The position numbers and the translations under genes are program-made. A stretch of 32,646 nucleotides of DNA from Mitosporidium daphniae (taxonomy: Eukaryota). The notes beneath the pieces were generated by a model. That model ran no database searches, had not been told where the DNA came from, and saw nothing but the letters and a program-made list of their open reading frames with translations. Below, piece after piece: positions 22,860-32,511 of this stretch; the stretch's first letter is position 1, and each line of letters starts with the position of its first letter. Where the stretch lies: positions 62,001 through 94,646 of the forward strand of contig NW_013546178.1 in NCBI RefSeq assembly GCF_000760515.2. Reading direction: 5' to 3'.

Positions 22860-25100
22860 ATGGGTTCCTTTGTACTTCCGTCCCTGCAAATTGACCCAAT
22901 TTCCTTTTGGAGCTCGTTGCATCACTTGAAACTGGAGAGGTTCAAACTGGAAGAGGGCCCCTTCCCACTTTGGGGATTTTTGGATGTCGGGAAAAGTCAC
23001 GCCTTTGTGAAGCTGGACGCCAACTCCTTTCTCAACAAAGAGCAGGCCAACTTGGATGCAGACGCAAAACATTCTTCGTTTGCCATTCCAGGCCATCTTT
23101 TGGTAAGCAATACCTTCTCAAACTACAAATCGGGCTCTTGGAAAAAATCGGCCCTCTCCTCGGTCTCAAAAATTGTAAACTTAATTTCCATTCACCTGGG
23201 CTAGGTATGGGAGCAGATGTCAATCAGCTCCATTCAGCAGGGCGATCCATTTTACCTGCTGTCTTTTGTTCTCTTTGTATATGCCGACCTCAAGGCCTTC
23301 AACTACAAGTATTCCTATGTGTTTCCAGCCTTTTTTTCGCCCAAAATCTTGTTAAATCATAGCCTGTCCCACTCGACAAATTTTATTTTAAATGCGCACA
23401 AAGTGCCGATCTTCTTTTGCGCCACATCCAGTTCAGACAACAAATTGGAGCAGCAGCAACCGGAACCGGATCTCTTCACCCTTCATCCTCTTTCGTACTC
23501 ACATTCTTGCGAATTTGCAAAAAAATGTGCAAATTTTGACTCTTTTTTCTTTGGCATCAGAAATGATGTGTTCATTCCCTTTAAAAAACAGGCTTCAAGC
23601 TTCCTATTGAGCTGGCCTATTCGAAATTACATCATCCTTTTGTACAAGCTCTTTCGGATAAAAGAGTTTCGGATCTTACCGCTATACCAGTCCGACCTGT
23701 ATGAAGTTTTCCATGAAAACGGGGCGCAAAAAATCAAGTTCCATGCGTCTGCAAATATGAACGAATGTTTTGTTCACGTGTCGTTTTCTGAATTTCCATG
23801 CACCGATTTTTCGGCCAAAAACCCGGAGGATCTGTTTGCGCTCACGGGATGGCAAACGGAGTCCAACGGCCTGGTGAAGGAGTTTGCGGTCAACTTTTCC
23901 GACTATTGCAATCCGATGGATATTTTAAAGTCTTCTCTTTCTCTAAATTTGAACTTGATGAAATGGAGGGTGCTGCCGGACCTCAATCTTGAGCGCTTGT
24001 CTTCTCAGCGCGTATTGATTTGTGGTGCCGGTACGTTGGGATGCAACATCGCTAGAGCGTTATTGGTATGCGTGCCTTGGCCTTCTTATATTGTGTAGGG
24101 ATGGGGCGTTACCAACATCACATTTATTGACAGTGGAGTTGTCTCGTTATCGAATCCCGTGAGACAGTCCCTGTATTCATACTCCACCACTATGGGTTCT
24201 TCCAACAAGGCCGAGATGGCTGCGCAATCGCTAACCATGATCTATCCTTTGGTCAATTCCAAGGGCATTGTTATGAATATCCCCACCCTGGGTCAATGTA
24301 CCGTTTCGCAGAACGAAATCCAAGAGCTTGAGGCTTTTGTGGTTGATGCTGACGTACTATTCCTGGTCACAGATACTAGAGAAAGCCGGTGGCTGCCCTC
24401 TGTGCTAGGTCTCCATCACAACAAGGTGGGGCTGCCTTTGATAAATAACCTCCTCTTCCTCCTAGCTGGTGATAACGGCTGCAATTGGGTTTGACTCCTT
24501 CCTTGTAATGCGAAACGGGGCCAATACACACAATACCGCGTCGAGTCCACGCGCACCTGACACCACATCGCTTGGGTGCTATTTTTGCCAGGACCCATAT
24601 GCAGTGCCAGACGCAGTATATCTCCCACATATAACGCTAATTACAAGCAAATTCCAGAGCGTCCCATAGACATGGCATGCACCATTTCCCGGTCCGGCCT
24701 TTCCATGATTGCTTCTGGGATGAGCGTCGAGCTTTTTGCCGCCTGTGTGCAGTACTTTTGGGTGTCGTATTTTTTCTATAGAAAAGATCCAGCAAACGAT
24801 GCCAAACATCCATTGGGATCTCCGCCCCACCAAATACGAGGAGATTTGTCATCCTTTTCCCAGCTTGTAAATTCATTCTCTGCAAGTGAAGACTGTATCT
24901 GCTGCTCACGGCAGGTATGCTGGTTGATTCTTTAACGATAGGTCCAAAATGCAATATCCGCACATCTTGAGGGTCCTGTGCGTCTTCGCCAGCTCAGCAT
25001 TTGGCTGAGAACCCCAGCTCTTCTTCGGAAGCTGCTCGACAGCAATGGCCGTGCTCCATCTCAATGCTTAAGCACACTTTCTCTGGTTGAGTTTGAATAA
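22860..25100 (+). CDS. ATG7: Autophagy E1-like enzyme Atg7
   Basis: [70 protein letters not shown], catalytic-site DMACTISR and PHQIRG. Introns 23175-23204, 24066-24098, 24426-24465, 24616-24647, 24915-24941 and probably 24752-24781. Confidence 0.95.
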
Positions 25101-25157
25101 ATTTATGTGTTTGCAATCGCGGCTCTCCCATGGGAGCATTTGATGGGCAACTTTTAA

Positions 25158-27677
25158 TTACGCCTTCCCTGGTGTCGGTTGGAACATGTTCATGGTAAAG
25201 GCAATCCCTGCGGCGTCTTCGGCAAGAAGGGGATCCTTTCGGACGGCCTTGGAAAATGCTTTCAAAAACGACGAGCGCTCCTTGGAAAAAGTCAACGGAT
25301 TTGAAGAGGGTCCTCTTGGATAATAGGTGATTCCCAAAGTTTCCAAATCACATCGGATGTAATTCTGCAGCAGGCGATGTCTCTCCACTTGGCGACGCGT
25401 GTCAAGCGTCAGCTTACAGGGAATCCTAAATTTCAACGTAAGAATATCCAGATTTTCCCCAATAATTGGGGTAAAGTCTGGCTCAAAGCTGCCATGAAAC
25501 AGATGCCTTCCTTGTGTCTTCAGAAATTCGGTTAGCCGAGCACGAAAGGCGTAAATTTGCTCTTCCGTTGTGTCGCAGCCTAGATACAGATTCACCTGCT
25601 CCCATTGCTCGTTAGAGCGTTTCCAATTGGTGATGTTCTTGCGAAGAAGCACCGGGTTGGGCATGTATATCTCGACTCCTGTGGAGTCTCGCATGGCAGT
25701 TTTCAAAACATCCACGCGGGAAATCACATAGCGCTTTGGATCGCCCTCAACGGTAACCTCGTCGCCAATATCAAAGGGATGGCACACAAAAAGGAACATC
25801 AACGAGTCAAAGGCGCTTTTTGCCCAATCGCCAATGACCACATTTAAGGCCAAGATGAAGGAAAGTGTAAGGGTCAAAATAGAAGAGACATTGGCACCCC
25901 AGATTACCCCGTAGATTAAAAGAAGGATTAGAGAAGTGGAAATGTTTAGTACCATATCCAGGGCTCTCAAAGCTTCTGCAGAGGAAGAAACCGAGCGTAC
26001 CAAATTGCGATAATCCTTATGAACCTGCACAAAGACTTGCTTGAGCTCCGAACGCGTTACATTTCCATCGAGGTTCAAATCAAACACAGAATAGATCTCC
26101 GAAGCGGCCTCCTTGGACGCAAAAAGACGGAAAAAGTCACCCTGGTGAAGAGGGGGCACAAGCAGGTCCTTGCTGTAATACCCAGAAGGAAGAAAAGACT
26201 CTCCTTCAGGCTTGTGGGCAGCATTATCACAATTTAGGTCAATGGAGGGGTTCTTTCCACATGTCAAGACGTCAAAGATGAACGCCCCTCGCTTTTTACA
26301 TTCTGGAATTGGAAGCCCCACATCGGATGAAGATGTCTCCTTTGCTATCATGAGGGAAAAATCAGGTCCAAAGATTCCGACGTTCTTTTTGAAGGTGGAA
26401 AAGTTGACCCAGTCTTTTTCTGTCAATAGGCGCAAGTCTGAAGCGTTTGAGGCAAAGTTTGTTCCCTCAATTGAGCTGCTGGTGACGCCAAAAAGATTCC
26501 TGAGGGCCCGGACAAGTCCTTCTGCCTGGATTACAGGAGTCGTCATGGGCCGTGTCTGCTGGTGATGAGAGGACGATGCATTTAGAGGGAGCAAGTTATC
26601 TTCATCGTCGTCCCTGTTCAAAGAATAGTACTCTTCATCGACATCGTCATCAAGATCATCTTGGGTCAGATTGCAAAGCTCTTCTTCTTCATTTTCGCCA
26701 TCCTCCGCATCTGATTCTTCATTGAAAGAGTTCATGGAAGAATAGATGGCCGAGCGAGGTCTTTTTGGCTGCATATTGGCTGGCGTATAGAGCAGCCCCT
26801 TTTTGGCACCCTCAAATCTGCACACCGAAAATAGGAGATGTGTCACAAAGAGATGGTACCGATTGAGTAAAATTCTATCTCGATATACCTGGTCCTGATA
26901 AAGGATGGATGCCAGCATTACCAGAATCTTTGATACTGTGACTCCAATAAGCGTTACCAACGCACATTTGATGGCCTTTTTTGCAATAGAAAAGGCATAA
27001 ACACAAGAGGAATCTTTTTCTCCGCCACTTCCGTCGCCTTTTCCGCCTCCATTCTGATCGTCTTTTCCGCCTTCTTCTTCTGCGTATGCATTCAAAAAAT
27101 GGGGATCTTTGAAAGAAAAGGAAGAAAGTTTGAATTGTTCCATAAAAGAGGAGAGAATGGGGTCGGTTATGGCATTTCTATTGGAAGCTTTAGTATAAGA
27201 ATTTTCACTGATGGTATCTCTGCATTGTTGCGGAGTATAAATGTCCAAAAGAATAAGGGCAGCAATAAAATAGAAGCTCATAATTATTTTGGTTCTAGAT
27301 CTTCTCAATACGCGAACAACATAGAAATGTCTCCTTGGTGTCACTTGAACACTGATATCCTGCAGTATTCGTACACAAAAAGAGATCAAGAGCAACACCA
27401 AAACATTACTTGCAATTAAGATGGTCCAGTCGTAAAGCGATAAAAAGTACCATGTGGGGCCTTCCCCTCCTCCCTCAAATATGTATTTGTACGCCAGATA
27501 TGGCAATGAAATAAAAATGGGAAACAAGAACAGATATAAGAGGTGCTTTTTTAAATAGCCGGAAAAGTTTGATGTTCTACTATTAACCAAAAGAGCATCG
27601 TCATCATCATCGTCTTCGTCTTCCAGTTGTGATGAAGTTCTCCCGGTAAACCGGACCTTTTTTTCTCTCGGGCTCAT
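25158..27677 (-). CDS. MscS-like mechanosensitive channel with EF-hand (Msy1/Msy2 type)
   Basis: Multiple TM segments, EF-hand FDLNLDGNVTRSE, MscS motif FLFVCHPFDIGDEV...MPNPVL...ITNWKRS. Confidence 0.92.
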   Translation of the reverse strand: MSPREKKVRFTGRTSSQLEDEDDDDDDALLVNSRTSNFSGYLKKHLLYLFLFPIFISLPYLAYKYIFEGGGEGPTWYFLSLYDWTILIASNVLVLLLISFCVRILQDISVQVTPRRHFYVVRVLRRSRTKIIMSFYFIAALILLDIYTPQQCRDTISENSYTKASNRNAITDPILSSFMEQFKLSSFSFKDPHFLNAYAEEEGGKDDQNGGGKGDGSGGEKDSSCVYAFSIAKKAIKCALVTLIGVTVSKILVMLASILYQDQVYRDRILLNRYHLFVTHLLFSVCRFEGAKKGLLYTPANMQPKRPRSAIYSSMNSFNEESDAEDGENEEEELCNLTQDDLDDDVDEEYYSLNRDDDEDNLLPLNASSSHHQQTRPMTTPVIQAEGLVRALRNLFGVTSSSIEGTNFASNASDLRLLTEKDWVNFSTFKKNVGIFGPDFSLMIAKETSSSDVGLPIPECKKRGAFIFDVLTCGKNPSIDLNCDNAAHKPEGESFLPSGYYSKDLLVPPLHQGDFFRLFASKEAASEIYSVFDLNLDGNVTRSELKQVFVQVHKDYRNLVRSVSSSAEALRALDMVLNISTSLILLLIYGVIWGANVSSILTLTLSFILALNVVIGDWAKSAFDSLMFLFVCHPFDIGDEVTVEGDPKRYVISRVDVLKTAMRDSTGVEIYMPNPVLLRKNITNWKRSNEQWEQVNLYLGCDTTEEQIYAFRARLTEFLKTQGRHLFHGSFEPDFTPIIGENLDILTLKFRIPCKLTLDTRRQVERHRLLQNYIRCDLETLGITYYPRGPSSNPLTFSKERSSFLKAFSKAVRKDPLLAEDAAGIAFTMNMFQPTPGKA

Positions 27678-27878
27678 TGTGCGGTGATGGGCCGCAAATG
27701 CATAGATTTAAAGAGCTAAGGGTTCTTCCCATAGGTGAATTGTGAAGTTCTGCTTTAAAATTCGGCAAATAGGCACTTTCCGTTCTTTGTGTGATGGTTT
27801 CAGACAAAATTTAAAAATCCACATTTTTAAAAGAGACTCCAAGTGAAGTACGTTGTGAATTGTACTTAACCCTAATTC

Positions 27879-28390
27879 AAAAAGTGCACACTCCATTGCA
27901 TAAAAGGCCTGGAACGCCGCAAATGGCACGAAACCCCTGAAATGCGGGAACGGCACATGTCCGTGCGGTCATACATACGCGCATGCATTGCCAAAAGAAT
28001 GGCATGCAATTGGATGCTTGCAAACACCCTCATTTCACAGTTGAATTAATTTGAAATTTTCGGGTCAAATCAAATTAACGCGTTTGCTCACATGATGTAC
28101 AATTGCTCGTGTGTGCTAAGCAAACAAGTAAAATCAGCACGCATTAAGAATTTGGCTCCACAATATCCGTTCACAAAGCGGCCTTTATGTATGCAAGACC
28201 AGAGCTATTGCAGCATCCTGGGCGTCCCATGTTTGAATTGGGGTTGAGACACCTGGTGAGCTTCAACCACTCACTGGTGCAATCGACGGGTTTAGGGTTA
28301 GAGAGCCAACAATAGCGCCTAAATCGAACCGAGAGCGCCACAGCTAATCTGAAAGACACCCGTCTATGATAGCTTGGAATTTCCAAATTC
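27879..28390 (-). ncRNA. Candidate telomerase RNA (TTAGGG-type); ends approximate
   Basis: Template CUAACCCUAA at 28301-28292. Boundary hairpin 28341-28334/28319-28312. H-type pseudoknot 28140-28082 with UUUU loop. Core-enclosing helix 28352-28343/28079-28070, 28362-28358/28065-28061 and 28389-28378/28058-28048. G-U wobbles favour the minus strand. Folded by eye only. Confidence 0.7.
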
Positions 28391-28391
28391 A

Positions 28392-28403
28392 TTAAAAAAT
28401 CGG
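28392..28403 (-). promoter_or_regulatory. CCGATTTTTTAA putative core-promoter/TSS motif directly upstream of the ncRNA candidate
   Basis: Identical 12-mer just before the TAF9 ATG (1746-1757). CCGATTTTAA variants upstream of ATG7 (22750-22759, +) and USP (22683-22692, -). Confidence 0.4.
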
Positions 28404-28414
28404 GTACGGCTTTC

Positions 28415-29174
28415 CTAGCTTTTTTTGGCAAGGTTTGGACAGTCCGTTATAACGGCGTTAAATCCGGCTGTTCTTGCCATTTCAATGTCTGCCGTTGAGT
28501 TCAACACCCATACAAATATCAATTTGTGGGCTTGATGGACACGATCAATAACCTGAGATGGAGCTTTTTTGACGGCATCCCAATCGATGGAAAAAATGTC
28601 AATCAGGTCAGAGGCCAATGCTTCTTCTGGAATAGCCAATGAAGAGGTCGATTTTGGGGGCCAATGCTCGTGAATCAGCATGATTTGATGGCGGTTAGCA
28701 AATAACTCCTTCGCCTTGAAGAGGAACTCTTGGTTCCACACCCCTAGTATTAGCCTTTCGGGAGTAAAATCATGTATCGATAGGATCGCTTGTAATTTAT
28801 CAAGAATCGCAATAGGATTGTCCTCCTTGATGTCTAAAACAACCGTACATCGGTCATAGGGTGGCTGCAGGAGAGAATTCAACAGGTCCTTCAGCAAAGG
28901 GATGCATTGGCTTTCGTTTTTTGTTCTCAAATGGTCAATGTAGCCGTGATATGGAAGATCACTAACCACGCCTGTTCCATTTGTTGTTCTATCAACCCTA
29001 CAATAAAGGAAAACAAACCAACGTAGTATCGTGCATCAAAATGATCTCGTCATCAGATGTGATTCGCAAATCGGTCTCAATCCCCATAGCTCCCGCGTCT
29101 ATAGCTTTAAGGTGCGATAGAATAGTATTTTCGGGATACAAATGGCAGAAGCCCCGATGCCCAAATATAAGCAT
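28415..29174 (-). CDS. Glycerophosphodiester phosphodiesterase domain protein (Pgc1-like)
   Basis: MLIFGHRG...PENT...IETDL...LMHDTT|VDRTTNGTG via 25-nt intron 28998-29022; C-terminal VWVLN...VITDCP. Confidence 0.9.
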
Positions 29175-29202
29175 CTCGTGAATTTAAAATTTTATTCTTC
29201 AA

Positions 29203-31034
29203 ATGGACAAACGTCCATTTTTCTCGTGTGCGAGGCTCAAGTTTCTGCCGTCGTTGGGCAAAATTTTCAGGGCATCATCAAATCCCTCTACATTTGCCAA
29301 GGGCAAGTTGTCGTCCTACTTCTCGCTTCTCCTTCCCGAATCGCGCCTGCTGGCATGTAAGAAGGTATATTTTCCCTGTTAGTTGGATCACTATTAATGG
29401 TCGGTTCAACGTCCATTTCCATGTACGTCCCTCATGGGATTGGGCAAGTTTTGGATTCCATTTCTGATCAAAGCTCTTCGAGCAATGTTATTCCTCTTCT
29501 CACCACAATGTCTGCAGTTTTTGTTGCAGGAACAGGCATTAACTTTGGAAGAATTGCAATTTTCAAATGGGCCAACGAGAAAATAGTCAACAATGTTAGA
29601 AAGGCCCTTTTCGACGCATACCTCTCGAAGGAGATGTCATTTTTTGACAAGGGCTCAACTGGAGATATCATAACGGTATCAATTCAGAGATCGCAATAAT
29701 TACCTTAGAGGTTCGCTTCTGACGCTCCCATTGCAGGGAAGGCAATCACGTCAAACCTGTCCGATGCAATTAAAAATGTAGGGCAGGGCATCGTTGGCAC
29801 TGTAATGATGTATGGGATCAGTGCAAAATTGTGCGCATGTCTGATTGGAATCCTTCCGCCAATAGCAATTCTGGGAATCTTTTTTGGAAAAATTGTCAAA
29901 AAAATATCCTTCCAATCGCAAGAATCGCTTTCTGCATGCCTTTCTTTTGCAGAGGAGCGCTTTTCGAGCATCAAGACCGTAAAAATCTTTGGCCGCGAAA
30001 AGGAGGAATCTTCCGCTTTCAGCAAGAAAATCGAATCTATACTTGCCCTTGCTCGAAAGGAAAGTATTGCTGCCGGGTCAATGTACGCAATGACTGGCGC
30101 GCTGGCAAATGCGTCTTTGATATTTTTACTATCACTCTCTAGCTCTATGATACTTGCAAATGAGATAACCATAGGCGCTCTCACTTCATTTTTGATGTAT
30201 ACCGCGTACGTTGGAGGCTCCGTATCTCGTAATAATCGGCCTTTCATTAAATTACTAGGTCTTTCTAATGTTTTTTCGGAATTTCTTAAAGGATACGGTG
30301 CATTTGAACGCATAGCGCCTTTGCTGGGCCCCATTTTGAGGGAACCCCGTGCTCGCGAGCTCGAGTCGCCCATTTTACGGGGACATGTTTCATTTGAAAA
30401 TGTAAAGTTTACCTATTTTGGCAAAGAGGGCGAGTATATCCTCGATGGGTTCACTGCACCACAGCTTGCTTGTCCAGGAAAAATCACCGTCTTGGTAGGT
30501 CCAAGTGGAAAGGGGAAGTCCACGCTTATTTCTCTCTTACTGCGATTGTATCCCGTGTCATCTGGAAAAATTATGATTGACAACACACATAATTTGGAAT
30601 CGATCGACTTAAATTGGCTGAAGGAAAAAGTTGCGGTCGTGCCACAAGATCCCCAGTTGTTCCAAGAGAGCATCGCCAACAACATTGCCTATGGGAAGAT
30701 AGGTGCCTCGGATCAGGAAATAATGGAAGCAGCCAAACTCGCAAATGCTCATGGGTTCATTGAAAATCTTCNCAATCGATATGACACAGTGATAGGAGAG
30801 CGGGGATGTACCCTTTCCGGAGGCCAAAGGCAGCGAATAGCATTAACCAGGGCTTTGATCAAAAATGCTTCTATCTTGATTTTAGATGAGCCTACTTCTG
30901 CCCTAGACACCGAGAATGAGTCTTTGATTCACAAAATGCTCCAACGGCTTGCTGCAGACGGAATTTCCATCGTCATTATTACACACAAAGAAGCCACAGC
31001 TGCAATTGCAGATTTGAAGATCGAATTAATTTAA
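29203..31034 (+). CDS. ABCB half-transporter, MDL1/ABCB10-like (probably mitochondrial)
   Basis: Introns 29357-29382, 29676-29708 and probably 30229-30258. TMD with [11 protein letters not shown] and [12 protein letters not shown]. Walker [30 protein letters not shown]. One N at 30772. Confidence 0.9.
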
Positions 31035-31118
31035 ATTTAAATTTAAAGAATAAAATTGAAATTTTACGTAAATCTAAAATGGTGCAAGTTTGATTTTTGT
31101 GATTCAGAAATTTTTATT

Positions 31119-32401
31119 ATGTCGAAGGTATTTGTCGGACGCATTTCAAACCGTGTTTCGGAGCAAGATCTAAGTGACCTTTTTTCAAAGTATGGAAAGG
31201 TATCGCATGTACACATGAAGGTATCATTAATACACCCTAATGTAACAGCAAAATTTCGCATTTGTGCACATGGATACTCCTCTTTCGGCCCAGGAGGCAA
31301 TTAAGGAGCTCAATGGCTCGCAATTGGCCGGAGATACGATCACCGTCGAACTGGCCAAATCAGAGGTCGAGGGTGGGGTAAGCGATGGCGGTGTTCGTCG
31401 CTCCTCTTTTCGTCGCTTTGATAACAACCGATATTATCCCGATTCTGACCGTCCCCGCCCATTTCGAAATGGACCTGATGTTGAAGAGTATGGCAGGCGG
31501 AACTATAACAGATATGATTCTCGAGATGGTCTGGATTCCAGAAATCTCTACGAAAGGGGCAGATATGAGTATGGGCCCAGAGACCGCTTTGATCCCCGAG
31601 GCGAAAGAGATGTCGGCGGACGCCGTGGGGGCATGCTGCCTCCTCCGCCGCCCCCCGGTTCAGGCTCTTCTGTTTCCGCGTCTTATAATGACCCTGCTTC
31701 GCCTGCCCCATCGGGAGCACTTCGAATGGATCGTGAAATGAGGGGAGGTGGGGCTCCACCTCATTATCGCCCTGATGAATATTACCCACCTCCTGGCGAC
31801 TATCGGGGTCGTGATGGTTTCAATGCTCGTCGTCGCGCATATTCACCACCGGGCGGATTTCATGAAAGACCGCCCTCCATGAGATACCCGCCAGAGGATG
31901 ACCGCTATGACTACCCACGTAGAGGCGGCTACGGACCTGGAGCAAACCCCAGCGAGTTTGGCGGAAGAAATCCGCCTGAATATGAACCGTAAGCCATTGT
32001 GGAGTGATTTATCCTTCAACTAGAGGTTTTCATCGCCGACCACCAGGCTGCTTCGAATGTGGCCGTCCAGATCACAAGGCTATCGCTTGCCCGTACATTT
32101 TGCGGACATAATTTCTAGATCTCGTCGCGGTACTTCAGAAGAGGATGGCTCTCGTCGTTATCGTGATAACAGATCAAGATCTCCGGCATCTCGCTTTGAC
32201 AATCCTCGCTCTCCTCCTACTAGCAACCCCTCGAGCAGATTTGAGCAACCCTCGTCTATTGCTCCGGGTTCTGATGCTCAGCGCACCTCCTCTTGGGGCT
32301 CGGGCTACTCCTCGCCCAGCAGAAGAACACAGGGAAGCTCTTTCAATAATGATGACGTCCGCTCTCCCAGCCCCGTCGCTCAATACTACGAAGATATGTA
32401 G
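31119..32401 (+). CDS. SR-like protein: RRM, Arg/Gly/Pro/Tyr-rich region, CCHC zinc knuckle and RS/SP tail (SRSF7-like architecture)
   Basis: SKVFVGRI...HMK|QNFAFVHM (intron 31221-31248). Small exon 32024-32092 between introns 31989-32023 and 32093-32118 encodes CFECGRPDHKAIAC. Tail RSRSP...RSPSP. Confidence 0.85.
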
Positions 32402-32511
32402 TCTCACTCTATTGGCCCTTTGTACTCAATATATTATGACGAGATTACTTCTACTATTACTACCGCTGTTATCTGTATAACTGCTGTTGCTAGTTGTTAA
32501 TGGTGGCTGCT

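Noticed and set aside
11926..25100. Fragmented ORFs (helicase, PDIs, BAR, ATG7) as pseudogenes, frameshifts or an alternative genetic code
   Set aside because: Every break is resolved by a 25-40 nt GT-AG intron that restores conserved motifs under the standard code.
27866..28143. Plus-strand telomerase RNA using TAACCCTAA at 27867-27875 as template
   Set aside because: The pseudoknot can be drawn on the plus strand, but it then lacks a U-rich loop 1, the template falls outside the enclosing helix, and many G-U pairs become A-C mismatches. It is less likely but not formally excluded.
27708..28431. Short minus-strand ORFs 27708-27956 and 28171-28431 as proteins
   Set aside because: Non-ATG starts and no recognisable domains. 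The region is better explained by RNA structure.
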